This document shows, piece after piece, positions 52,476 through 62,259 of a stretch of DNA of 64,000 nt. Every line of letters begins with the position of its first letter. The first letter of the stretch is position 1. Where the stretch lies: NCBI GenBank assembly GCA_051439605.1, contig JBFRWN010000124.1:32001-96000 (forward strand). The letters run 5' to 3'. A program made the position numbers and the translations under genes. The notes beneath the pieces are model-generated. The model saw only the letters and a list, made by a program, of their open reading frames with translations, was not told where the DNA came from and searched no databases. Source of the DNA: Synechococcus sp. (GTDB lineage Bacteria > Cyanobacteriota > Cyanobacteriia > Thermostichales > PCC-7336).

Positions 52476-54005
52476 TTGACAGCATCTCCTATCGTTCGGC
52501 GCCAACTGCCCCAACGCGATCTCGAAGCCCATTCCCGCGCCCCCCTATTTGAAGCCATTCGTAAGTACGCTGGACTCCCCAAAGCCGCCTTCCATACCCC
52601 CGGCCACAAACAGGGCACCGGTATCTCCCCTGAACTGCTGGACTTTCTGGGGGAAAACGTCTTCCGCTGCGACCTAACAGAACTGCCGGAAGTTGATAAC
52701 CTGCACGACCCCGACAGCGTTATTCGGGAAGCTCAAGAGCTGGCAGCCCAAGCCTACGGGGCCGATCGCTCCTGGTTTTTAGTCAACGGCTCCACTTGCG
52801 GCGTCGAAACCCTGATGATGGCCGTTTGCGATCCCGGTGATGTCGTTCTCCTCCCTCGTAACTGCCACAAATCCGCGATCGCCGGAGTTATGCTCTCGGG
52901 GGCTATCCCTGCCTATATCGAGCCTGACTACGATCGCGAGTTGGGCATCGCCCACGGCATTACCCCCGCCTCCGTCGAAATCGCCCTGACAAAATATCCG
53001 CAGGCCAAAGGGGTACTCTGCGTCAGCCCCACTTACTACGGTGTTGCCAGCAACCTGGCGGAAATTGCCCGCATCGTTCACGATCGCGGCTTGCCCTTCC
53101 TAGTGGATGAAGCCTGGGGACCCCACTTTGCCTTCCACTCCAATCTGCCTCAGTCTGCGTTGGAAGCAGGCGCAGATCTCGTCGTGCAATCCACCCACAA
53201 AGTTTTATCGGGCATGACTCAAGCCTCGTTGCTGCACGTGCAGGGCGATCGCATCGATCGCAATCGGGTACGCAACATCCTCCAACTCCTTCAATCCACC
53301 AGCCCCAACTACGTATTGATGATGTCGCTGGATGTGGCCCGTCGCCAAATGGCCCTTAATGGTGAAGCCTTGCTCGCTCGAGCCATTGCTCTGGCCGATG
53401 ACGCCCGCACTCGTCTGAATCAGATTGATGGCATTCACTGCTTCGGCTCCGAGCGGTTGGGGTCTACTCCTGGCTTCCACGCCCTCGATCGTACTCGCCT
53501 GACGGTGACTGTTTCCAACTTGGGCATCTTCGGCTTTGAGGCGGACGACTGGGTCAACGAGAACCACGATGTGCAGCCAGAAATGTCCACTTTGCACAAC
53601 GTTGTCTTCATCGTTTCCCTCGGCAATACCCAAGAGGATATCGATCGCCTGGTGGCCAGCTTTGAAGCTCTTGCTCAAAAACAACGGACTGAAATCGCCA
53701 AGGGTGGAATTAGCGAGCGCGTACAGCAGCTAGCGAACATCCAACTTCCAGCCCTCCCCCCCCAACGCATCAGCCCCCGCGAAGCCTTCTTCTCCAAGAT
53801 TCAACGGGTACCTCTGCAAGAGGCGATCGGCAGGATTTGTGCCGAAATTATCTCCCCTTACCCCCCAGGAATCCCCATCCTGGTTCCCGGTGAAGAGGTT
53901 ACCCCTGAGGCAGTGAAGTACCTATTGTTGGTGCACCAAGCGGGTGGTTTCATCAACGGTCCCGAAGACGTGCGCCTACAAACCCTCAAGGTTGTGGGCT
54001 GCTAG
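52476..54005 (+). CDS. PLP-dependent Orn/Lys/Arg decarboxylase (fold type I)
   Basis: FHTPGHK, LVNGST, RNCHKS, SPTYYG, DEAWG, QSTHK (PLP lysine), STSP, PYPPGIP; TTG start after GAGGA. Confidence 0.95.
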   Translation: MTASPIVRRQLPQRDLEAHSRAPLFEAIRKYAGLPKAAFHTPGHKQGTGISPELLDFLGENVFRCDLTELPEVDNLHDPDSVIREAQELAAQAYGADRSWFLVNGSTCGVETLMMAVCDPGDVVLLPRNCHKSAIAGVMLSGAIPAYIEPDYDRELGIAHGITPASVEIALTKYPQAKGVLCVSPTYYGVASNLAEIARIVHDRGLPFLVDEAWGPHFAFHSNLPQSALEAGADLVVQSTHKVLSGMTQASLLHVQGDRIDRNRVRNILQLLQSTSPNYVLMMSLDVARRQMALNGEALLARAIALADDARTRLNQIDGIHCFGSERLGSTPGFHALDRTRLTVTVSNLGIFGFEADDWVNENHDVQPEMSTLHNVVFIVSLGNTQEDIDRLVASFEALAQKQRTEIAKGGISERVQQLANIQLPALPPQRISPREAFFSKIQRVPLQEAIGRICAEIISPYPPGIPILVPGEEVTPEAVKYLLLVHQAGGFINGPEDVRLQTLKVVGC

Positions 54006-54216
54006 TAATCCCAATAATATAAATTGCTGCAAGCTCTGGATCGGTCGCTTGGCATTGACCGTTCTTTTGGGTTTCAGAAATTCATCCCCATCCTTCTGAG
54101 TCTAGCGTGGAGGGAATCATTCATTTGGTTTCCGAGGGACACGCTTCGTTCCTCGAGTGCAAGCGCGAGGGGATGCAACTGCCCTCTCGCTACCTCAGGG
54201 TGTTATGAAATAGAAC

Positions 54217-55305
54217 CTACGGCCCAAGCAACAGAGTGAAACTGTGGTCAACCTCTAGCGAATCGCCGGTATAGCAGCTGGGAAAATCGGGAAATCCTTG
54301 AAGACTTTTCACGCGATCTACTGCCGATCGATCTAAAGGTTCGTGCCCGCTGCTGGTAACGACCCGGATATTTTCAACCGTGCCGTTCCGCAATAGATCG
54401 TAGACTAATTGCGTTCTAAATCGACCTGAGCCCGGTGGCAACTCTCTCCCCGCCGGCTGCCATCCCCCCCGACCAAAGCTGCGCACATTCGCAAGATACA
54501 GGTCTAGAATTTGCTGGCAGACGGGACTCACTGGCACATCTGCTGGAGAGCGGGATACAATCTCGCGATCGGGATTGCACACATCCAGATCGATCAGGAT
54601 TTGCCGTTCTTCTTGCAGAATCTCTGCTGCTGCTGTCGACTCTATTTCTTCCAAATCGTCGTCAGGATGCAATCCCTCTAACAGCGAATCTGAGTCCAGA
54701 GCATTACAGCGATCGAACTCTTGAATCGATTCGACCTCTCCGTTGCGCACGATCGCCACTTGACCTGGCTGAAGCCTGCCAATTTCCACACGATCTAGGG
54801 TGTACAGCAAAGCCTCGCTGGTGAATGTTGCTACCTCCAGTACATCGTCCTCTCCTTCCCGTTGGCTATTCACCTTGAGCAAGCTCCCCTGCACCCCCGC
54901 CACAGCAGATGGTGTGACGATTTCAGCTCCACTGGCCCCTTGAGGTACAACTAAAACTCCGACTCCTTTTTCCAAAATCATCTGTCGGCTATCGGCCACA
55001 AATTCAAACAGTGAATTCTGTCCCACCCGCATCAAAGAGCGATCGTTAAAGATTGTTTGGGCTAGCGCTCTTGCTCCAGTAGCAAGCAGATCTCCTGGCA
55101 GCATTACATCTTCAACGGCTGCGTATTTGACCGGATCTGGCTTGAGTTCGACCGTCACTGTATTCACCAGTCGGTCGATGGTTGCTTCTGTCAGGGGTTG
55201 ATTGTCCTCTTGCGCCACAGCTAACCCGGAGAAACCAGCGATCGCACAGGTTAGCAGCAATCCTGCTAAAGGGACGGGGTGATGAGGAAAAGAGTGCAGA
55301 TCCAT
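54217..55305 (-). CDS. Exported FecR-domain protein with TonB C-terminal-like domain
   Basis: Signal peptide; GDxxxTG..F.D.S.xRVG.NS, TPSAVAGVQGS (FecR); GTVENIRVVTSSG..LDRSA (TonB_C). Confidence 0.75.
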   Translation of the reverse strand: MDLHSFPHHPVPLAGLLLTCAIAGFSGLAVAQEDNQPLTEATIDRLVNTVTVELKPDPVKYAAVEDVMLPGDLLATGARALAQTIFNDRSLMRVGQNSLFEFVADSRQMILEKGVGVLVVPQGASGAEIVTPSAVAGVQGSLLKVNSQREGEDDVLEVATFTSEALLYTLDRVEIGRLQPGQVAIVRNGEVESIQEFDRCNALDSDSLLEGLHPDDDLEEIESTAAAEILQEERQILIDLDVCNPDREIVSRSPADVPVSPVCQQILDLYLANVRSFGRGGWQPAGRELPPGSGRFRTQLVYDLLRNGTVENIRVVTSSGHEPLDRSAVDRVKSLQGFPDFPSCYTGDSLEVDHSFTLLLGP

Positions 55306-55556
55306 CGTTTGGAATGAGAGTCATTTGACACAAGTTTGACGTCTAAATCAATGGAAGGGTCAGGGGTCAAACTTTAGGGTCCTGCGTTTCAGTGTGCCAA
55401 ACGCTCTGGGTCAGCAGTAGATAAATGCATCTAAGCCACAAAACTATCTTGCTAAATCACAGGTAGGATCGAATTCGCGTCGCATCAGCACCTCTTCTTA
55501 TTTGAGAGAGCACTTGACCCCAACCCGCGATCGCGACTCCCTTATCTTCCCCTCAA

Positions 55557-56924
55557 GTGGACAACTCCCTTATGGAATGGACGCAAGGCGCTGCCGTCAC
55601 CCTGTCAATAGACTCTCTTACCAACCGGGGAGATGGCATTGGCCACCTGGAGGGGCGGGCGATTTTTGTGCCCGACACCGTTCCTGGGGATGAAGTGCAG
55701 GTTCGGTTAGTGCGGGTCAAACCCACCCATGCCTTCGGCACCCTCAAGCGGGTGGTCAGCCCCTCTGGCGATCGCATCCAGCCGGCCTGCATGCTGGCCC
55801 AAAAATGTGGCGGCTGTCAGTGGCAACCGGTGGGCTATGCAGCTCAATTGGCCGCGAAAGAACAGTTGGTGAAGGATGCCCTCACCCGAATTGGTCATCT
55901 GGAACTGCCCGACAGCGAACCTATCTTGGCTGCGCCTTCCCCATTACGCTATCGAAATAAGGTGACGTATCCCATCGCTAAAGGCACTACCCAACCCCTT
56001 AAGGTGGGGTATTTCCGCAAAGGCAGCCACAAGCTAGTTAATGTCAATCAATGCCCCGTCCAAGACGAACGTCTCGACGCAGTTTTACAGACGGTCAAAG
56101 ACGGTCTGCAACAGGCTGGTTGGCCCCCCTACAACGAAACCAATCAAAAGGGTGAACTGCGCCACATCAGCCTAAGAGTGGGTCGCCGCACCGGCCAGAT
56201 CCTAATTACCTTGGTCTCCAAGACCGATCGCCTGCCAAACCTAGAAACCCTGGCAAAAGTCTGGATGGACACTATCCCCAACCTGCAGGGGGTGTGTCTC
56301 AACATCAACCCCAAACGCACCAATGCTATCTTTGGCCCGGAAACCTTTCTCGTCGCGGGCAAGCACGAAATCGAAGAAGAGTTTGCAGGACTAAAATTTG
56401 CCATCGACAGCACATCCTTTTTCCAGGTCTACACCGAACAGGCAGAGAACCTGCTCAATTGGGTGGGTTTGCAACTCGATTTAGACGGTAGTGAAACACT
56501 GATCGACGCTTATTGCGGCATTGGAACCCTGACACTGCCATTGGCAAAACGGGTGAAACAGGCGATCGGGATTGAATTAGTCCCCTCAGCAGTTGAACAG
56601 GCCCAGCGCAACGCTCAGCTGAATGGCATTGATAACGCTGCTTTCGTAGAAGGGTCAGTAGAGAAAATGCTGCCCTCCCTTCACGCGGCTGATATTATCT
56701 TGCTTGACCCTCCCCGAAAAGGCTGCGATCGCGAGGTATTGGATGTATTGTTAGAGCGCTCTCCGGCAACCCTTGTTTATGTCAGCTGCAATCCCGCAAC
56801 CCTAGCCAGAGATCTCGATATTCTGGTGAACCGCGGCTCCTACGAGATCGCCAGTCTTCGCACCGCCGACTTTTTCCCCCAAACCGCTCATGTGGAAACA
56901 GCTGTCATTCTGAAACGTAGTTGA
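55557..56924 (+). CDS. rlmD: 23S rRNA m5U1939 methyltransferase
   Basis: TRAM domain, CxxxxxCGGC, YRNK, SFFQV, DAYCGIG, DPPRKG, YVSCNPATLARD, FPQTAHVE; start may be ATG 55572. Confidence 0.96.
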   Translation: MDNSLMEWTQGAAVTLSIDSLTNRGDGIGHLEGRAIFVPDTVPGDEVQVRLVRVKPTHAFGTLKRVVSPSGDRIQPACMLAQKCGGCQWQPVGYAAQLAAKEQLVKDALTRIGHLELPDSEPILAAPSPLRYRNKVTYPIAKGTTQPLKVGYFRKGSHKLVNVNQCPVQDERLDAVLQTVKDGLQQAGWPPYNETNQKGELRHISLRVGRRTGQILITLVSKTDRLPNLETLAKVWMDTIPNLQGVCLNINPKRTNAIFGPETFLVAGKHEIEEEFAGLKFAIDSTSFFQVYTEQAENLLNWVGLQLDLDGSETLIDAYCGIGTLTLPLAKRVKQAIGIELVPSAVEQAQRNAQLNGIDNAAFVEGSVEKMLPSLHAADIILLDPPRKGCDREVLDVLLERSPATLVYVSCNPATLARDLDILVNRGSYEIASLRTADFFPQTAHVETAVILKRS

Positions 56925-56945
56925 TTGTTTTCGGTGAAACAGAGC

Positions 56946-57914
56946 CTAAGCCTCAGCTGCAACCTGTTGTCGCTGCGGCAAGGTTTCCCAAGGGGTGATT
57001 CCCAACTGCTGGAAGAGGGCGGCATCGGCGCTGTCACCAGGGTTGTCAGTGGTGAGCAGCTTCTCACCGGTGAAGATGGAGTTAGCCCCTGCCATCAAAC
57101 AGAGAGCTTGATCGGCTGCGGTCATGTTGGTTCGCCCTGCAGACAGCCGCACGATCGCCTGGGGCATCAAGATTCTGGCCGTGGCAATGGTCCGAGCCAT
57201 GTCTATCGCGCTGACTACTGGTCGATCGCTGAAGGGAGTTCCTTCCACTGGAACCAATGCATTTACAGGCACAGATTCTGGCTGTGGATCTAGATTCGCC
57301 AGCGTATGCAGCAGGTCAATTCGGTCTCGTTCCGATTCCCCCATCCCCAAAATGCCACCGCAGCACACCTGAATACCGGCAGCCGAGACCGCTGCGATAG
57401 TTTCTAGGCGATCGCGGTAGGTGCGGGTGGAAATGATTTCGGGATAGTAGCTTTCGGAGGTGTCGAGATTGTGGTTGTAGGCAGTTAGCCCCGCCTCTGC
57501 TAATTTCTGGGCCTGATCGGGACGTAACATTCCCAGCGTGACACAGGCTTCCATGTCTAGCTCTACGACAGTGCGCACCATGTCTAGGATGCGATCGAAT
57601 TCTTCGCCATCGGGGACTTTGCGCCAAGCAGCCCCCATGCAAAATCTTGTGGAACCATTGGCCTTGGCGGCCCGTGCCTGCGCCTGAAGTTCATGCAAAG
57701 GCAGTAGGGGATAGTCTTCGGCAGGGGTATCGTAACGAGCGCTTTGGGGACAGTATTTGCAGTCCTCCGGACAGCGGCCAGATTTGATATTGGCCAAGGT
57801 ACAGAGCTGAACAGAATCCGGTTGGTGGTTTTGACGATGCACCGTCTGGGCCTCGTACAGCAACGAGGTGAATGGTTGGTTGTAGATCTGTTCAACACGT
57901 TCCAATGAAACCAA
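56946..57914 (-). CDS. bioB: Biotin synthase
   Basis: CPEDCKYCPQS, RFCMGAAW, YNHNLDTS, VCCGGI, RLSAGR, GANSIFxGEKLLT; start uncertain (TTG ~57914). Confidence 0.97.
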   Translation of the reverse strand: MVSLERVEQIYNQPFTSLLYEAQTVHRQNHQPDSVQLCTLANIKSGRCPEDCKYCPQSARYDTPAEDYPLLPLHELQAQARAAKANGSTRFCMGAAWRKVPDGEEFDRILDMVRTVVELDMEACVTLGMLRPDQAQKLAEAGLTAYNHNLDTSESYYPEIISTRTYRDRLETIAAVSAAGIQVCCGGILGMGESERDRIDLLHTLANLDPQPESVPVNALVPVEGTPFSDRPVVSAIDMARTIATARILMPQAIVRLSAGRTNMTAADQALCLMAGANSIFTGEKLLTTDNPGDSADAALFQQLGITPWETLPQRQQVAAEA

Positions 57915-58336
57915 GAAAACTGCTCCCTTCAAAGCCCCGCTATTGTACCTCTCACGATTGGCGAGTCCATATTTTCCGCCATTCTCTGCATAAGGTTTTA
58001 CCCAAGGAAAAGCATGCTGTTTAAACAGCAAAGCAGCACCCTAACGAGTGCTGCTGGGAACTGAATGTCTAAATCAAGCTTGCTGAGTGTTAACGTTTGC
58101 CGCAGATAGATGTATTTTCAAGCAGTGCTGCGGCTCTATTTAAAAGGATTTCTCGTCACTTATCGGAGGAGTTCAGTGACCATAGGACTGTCGCCCCCCC
58201 TGTGTATGGGTACGTATGGGCTTCCACGCAGCTTCTTTGGTTCGTTATGGAATTATCGTGGATCCCACTGTGGAGTGTCTTGGGGGGGAGATGGCATCTT
58301 ACATTCATAAGCTAAACCTCAAAAATTCAGAAACTA

Positions 58337-58543
58337 ATGAAAGCCCAAAAACTCCGTCGAATCGTAGACACTGTTACCGCGACTCAGACTTTCTCTCTCG
58401 AATTGGAAAATACGTTGAAGGGTTTGATGGCGGGTCAGCGATTTAACGATTTAGAAGTCTCTATTCTGAATAAACTGTTAGTCATGTTGGAATCCGGTAG
58501 CATTGCAATTGAATCTCAATTGATGGTTCCAGCTGCTGCCTAA
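58337..58543 (+). CDS. Small hypothetical protein (68 aa)
   Basis: ATG start, amphipathic helical pattern, occupies an otherwise empty gap. Confidence 0.65.
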   Translation: MKAQKLRRIVDTVTATQTFSLELENTLKGLMAGQRFNDLEVSILNKLLVMLESGSIAIESQLMVPAAA

Positions 58544-58628
58544 GCCCACAATGTGCTTCAGCTCTGTTCGTGCTTGCTTCGTTAGTCCTTAACAGCTATG
58601 GCCGAATGTATGAATGCTCTTGAGCTGC

Positions 58629-59609
58629 TTAACCACCAATTTGTGACATCGTGCGGCTGTAGCGTTGCCCGCTTGTGCCCCGTTCTCGCTCAACAAAATT
58701 GATGTCAGCTTTATCCAGCAGGAAAGTTTTTATTCTAGCCTGCAAGTTAGCGGCTGACTCTCCGTTGCGTAGTGCCGACTTTAAATCTATTTGACCGGTC
58801 TCGTTCAAGAGGCAGGGCCTTAGCCAGCCATCTGCAGACAACCGAATGCGATTGCAATTATCGCAAAAACATTCCGACATCTGGCTAATGAATCCTAAGG
58901 TTCCTTTGGCACCAGGAATGCGGAAGATATCAGCTGGCCCGTTGCCATGGATTGTGGCAGTTTCCAGTCCAAATTTTGTCTTGATGCGCTGTCGCAAGTG
59001 TTCGGAATCAACCCAACCGCGATCGCCGAACAACAGTTCGTTGCCAATGGGCATAAATTCGATAAATCGCACGTGCCAGGCTTTCTCTATGGAGAGTGCG
59101 GCTAGGTTCTCCACCTCGCGATCGTTTACCCCCGGAATCACAACCACGTTTAACTTGAGCGGATCGAATCCCACCCTGTGGGCTGCTAGAATCCCTCCCC
59201 AGACCTTATTCCACAGGCTTCGCCCAGTAATCTGATGAAAGGTCTCGGCATCAAGGGAATCTAGACTGATATTGATCCGTTGCAGACCTGCTTCGTAGAG
59301 TTCCTGTGCTCGCTCTTCCAACACGTAGCCATTGGTGGTCATAGCCAGGTCAGACACCCCATTGAGTTGAGAAATATCGCGCACTAAGTCCACCACATCT
59401 CGCCGCAGGAGGGGTTCTCCACCGGTGAGGCGAAACTTATCAAACCCCAGTGGAATAAAGACGTCTTTCAGCAGGTAAAGTAACTCGTCGTTTGAGAGCA
59501 ATGTTTCTTGCTCCAGCCAGTCCATTTCCTCGTCCCCAGGCATGCAGTACTGACAGCGAAAATTGCAGCGGTCAATCAGGCTTATGCGCAGGTAATTGAC
59601 GTCTTTCAT
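58629..59609 (-). CDS. moaA: GTP 3',8-cyclase
   Basis: [43 protein letters not shown]-terminal MSQIGG; ATG at 59609. Confidence 0.98.
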   Translation of the reverse strand: MKDVNYLRISLIDRCNFRCQYCMPGDEEMDWLEQETLLSNDELLYLLKDVFIPLGFDKFRLTGGEPLLRRDVVDLVRDISQLNGVSDLAMTTNGYVLEERAQELYEAGLQRINISLDSLDAETFHQITGRSLWNKVWGGILAAHRVGFDPLKLNVVVIPGVNDREVENLAALSIEKAWHVRFIEFMPIGNELLFGDRGWVDSEHLRQRIKTKFGLETATIHGNGPADIFRIPGAKGTLGFISQMSECFCDNCNRIRLSADGWLRPCLLNETGQIDLKSALRNGESAANLQARIKTFLLDKADINFVERERGTSGQRYSRTMSQIGG

Positions 59610-59834
59610 CCGGAAACGCCAACAATGGCGAAGTGAAGTAGTCCTCATTGTGGCTTCACAACTTCTTAACAGCAAATTCAGATATGGGGGTTGCAGGAGG
59701 TTACGGCGATTGTCAATTTGCTGCTTTGAAAGCGATCGTCATGTCGCTGAGGAAATGTCAGCTATCCAACCCCTGACTGGATGAGGCTATCGTCGTCCTG
59801 TCTGAAATGGCCACAGCAATGCGGGATGCTTGGG

Positions 59835-60476
59835 TTAAAACCTCTGTTGATGGAGATCGATATCATGTTCGAGCCGTTCGAATTCTGCTAGCAATGCGAT
59901 GTCCATGTGGGATAGTTTCGCTAATGCGCTTAATTCATCCTGCTGGCTTTCAAGGGTTTGCTGAGCATTTTGCAGGCAATCGCCCGCTTGGGCCAAGGCA
60001 GAATGACTGTCTAGATGGGCGGCTTTGGCCTGGTTAAAAATGCGCAGTTGCTGCAATTGTTCGAGTTCGTTGTGATAACGCTGTAATTTATGGCGCAGCT
60101 GGTGCAGGGTCCGTTGCATGGCATGCCACTCTTGTTCTGCCGCTTCTACAGCGGCTTTCAGCTTGGGTACGGTGGCCTCTAACTGACGAATACGGCTGAC
60201 CAGCTGATGGGTGGTTGAGGTGTAACCTGTTGTGGCCATCTCCTGCAGTTGGCAATCGCACTGCTGGAGTTCCTGTACCTTGACTAAGTACTGTTGTTCT
60301 AACCTTCGGTAAGCCTGCTCTTGAGTGGCGGCGGCCTGTTCTAGGGCGATGGTGGAGGATTGCAGTTTTCGATTCGCCGCCTCTGAAGCGGAGATTGCCT
60401 TTGAACTTTTGCGACGACACCGAGATACTGCCGTTTGCGATCTGCCGAAAAGACGTTCGATCCACTCCACCAACAT
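59835..60476 (-). CDS. Coiled-coil protein, divergent PspA/IM30-like
   Basis: ~213 aa, almost entirely heptad-patterned Q/E/L/A helices; family call tentative; probable ATG 60476. Confidence 0.55.
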   Translation of the reverse strand: MLVEWIERLFGRSQTAVSRCRRKSSKAISASEAANRKLQSSTIALEQAAATQEQAYRRLEQQYLVKVQELQQCDCQLQEMATTGYTSTTHQLVSRIRQLEATVPKLKAAVEAAEQEWHAMQRTLHQLRHKLQRYHNELEQLQQLRIFNQAKAAHLDSHSALAQAGDCLQNAQQTLESQQDELSALAKLSHMDIALLAEFERLEHDIDLHQQRF

Positions 60477-60855
60477 GCTTTCTACGCTCGCCTCGTTATC
60501 GGACACACCACACCATTGGGTGCAAGGCATTGGCCAGCAGGCAATTCACTAGGGTCGTTGCGAGAACCGATGGTCTCAAAGCATATTTGCGCTGCAGGTT
60601 ACCCGAGGCAAAGTTTAGCCAAATTCCTGCATTGAGGTAGGAGTTTGCATCACAATTCACCCCGCGAAATACGCAGGCTTGGTCAAGGTTTTTGTCATTC
60701 TTGACGGTATTGAGCACCCTCAGTACAGTCAAGGTGTTTCTGCTCCCGGACTCAAAATAGCGATCGGGTTGCCTAGCGATTTGCGTTCGCAAACCTTCAT
60801 GAAGTCCGATAGTGCCTGTCAAAATACACTTCCCCGCATATCAAACTAACCGTTT

Positions 60856-62163
60856 ATGCAAAGCCGAATTGTTTTGCCCATTGCGATCGCCAGTCTTTCA
60901 ATGGGGCTGGTTTTTGGTTCTCTCGCATTGCTGGAGCGTAACCGAGTTTTCACACTCAAGCTGGCCTCGGGGGGGGAGCAGGGGCAGTATTATGCCTTTG
61001 CCACAGCGTTGGCAGCAGTGGTGGAAAAGCACCATCCTAAAATTCAAATTGAGGTGCTGGCCACCCAGGGCTCGGTGCAAAACATGCAGATGTTGGAAGC
61101 CGGACAAGCCCAGTTAGTTCTAGCGCAAAACGATACGCCAGCCACCGAATCCGCAAGGGCGGTAGCGTCTTTATTTCCAGAGATGTTGCATGTGGTGGCG
61201 GCCGCCGACAGCGGCATCGAAACTTTTGGAGATTTGAGAACAAAGCGGGTGGCCCTGATGCCCGAGGGGAGCGGTTCCTATGCGTTGTTTTGGCAATTGG
61301 CCGGACATTACGGCATCACTCCAGAGAATTTAGATTACATCCCGTTGCCACCCGAAGAGGCCGATCTCGCTTTGCTGAATGGGGAGGTGCAGGCTCTATC
61401 GAAGGTGTTGGCCTTGGGCAATGCCAGCATGGCGAAATTTTTACAAAGCAGCCAAGCCAGCCTGATAGAGGTCGAGCAGGTGGAAGCCCTGCGCTTGACG
61501 CAGCCATTATTGACGCAGGAGGTGTTTCCAAAGGGGGCCTATAGCGGCGATCCGCCAATTCCTGTTCGGGACACTCTGGCGGTGGCGGTGCAGGCGGTGC
61601 TGCTGGCGGCAAATACTGTTGACCCCCAAATTGTGAATGTTATTACTCAGACAATCAACCAGCACCGCAGTGAATTGATTGCCCTGCATCCAGTGTCTGC
61701 GGCGATCGACTTGCCCACCTCAAGCCTGAACTTTGGTGTACCGGTTCACGTAGGCGCCCAAAGCTACTACAGCCAAGATCGACCTAGTTTTTTGGTCATC
61801 TATGCCGAGACCATCGGTCTGATTGTTTCTGTGTCCGTGTTGGTGGCCTCTAGTGCTTGGCAGGTGCATCAGCGGTGGTTGATGCGGCAGAAAAACCGGG
61901 CCGATCGCTACAACTTAGAAATTATGGCCCTGCTAGATAAGGTTTATTCCTCCCAATCTGCTGAACAGTTAGAAGAATTGCGTATGCAGCTGTTCGACAT
62001 CCTCAAACAAGTGGTTGAGGATTTGGACTTAGACCGTATTACTGCTGAGTCGTTTGAATCGTTTACATTTCCGTGGGGGATCGCGATTACTGCCATTCGC
62101 CATCGGGAATCGGTTTTATTTGGCAAAGAGAGTCCAGCCGCCATACCTCCAACCCTGTTTTGA
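60856..62163 (+). CDS. TAXI-family solute-binding protein with C-terminal TM and cytoplasmic helical domain
   Basis: ASGGxxGxYY, TQGSVQN, AQND, LFPExLH, PEGSGS, PVHxGAxxYY, QKNRADRYN. Confidence 0.88.
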   Translation: MQSRIVLPIAIASLSMGLVFGSLALLERNRVFTLKLASGGEQGQYYAFATALAAVVEKHHPKIQIEVLATQGSVQNMQMLEAGQAQLVLAQNDTPATESARAVASLFPEMLHVVAAADSGIETFGDLRTKRVALMPEGSGSYALFWQLAGHYGITPENLDYIPLPPEEADLALLNGEVQALSKVLALGNASMAKFLQSSQASLIEVEQVEALRLTQPLLTQEVFPKGAYSGDPPIPVRDTLAVAVQAVLLAANTVDPQIVNVITQTINQHRSELIALHPVSAAIDLPTSSLNFGVPVHVGAQSYYSQDRPSFLVIYAETIGLIVSVSVLVASSAWQVHQRWLMRQKNRADRYNLEIMALLDKVYSSQSAEQLEELRMQLFDILKQVVEDLDLDRITAESFESFTFPWGIAITAIRHRESVLFGKESPAAIPPTLF

Positions 62164-62259
62164 GGGGACGAATCCGCTATGCCAAGAAATGCTACTGGAC
62201 GGAGGAATGGCAGAATTTAGGCATTACCCCTACCCCCACTGCCTTTGCCCCCCATTGCC

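Noticed and set aside
58168..58181. 14-nt reverse-complement match to 52349-52362 (GGTCACTGAACTCC)
   Set aside because: Matches of this length are expected by chance within 64 kb
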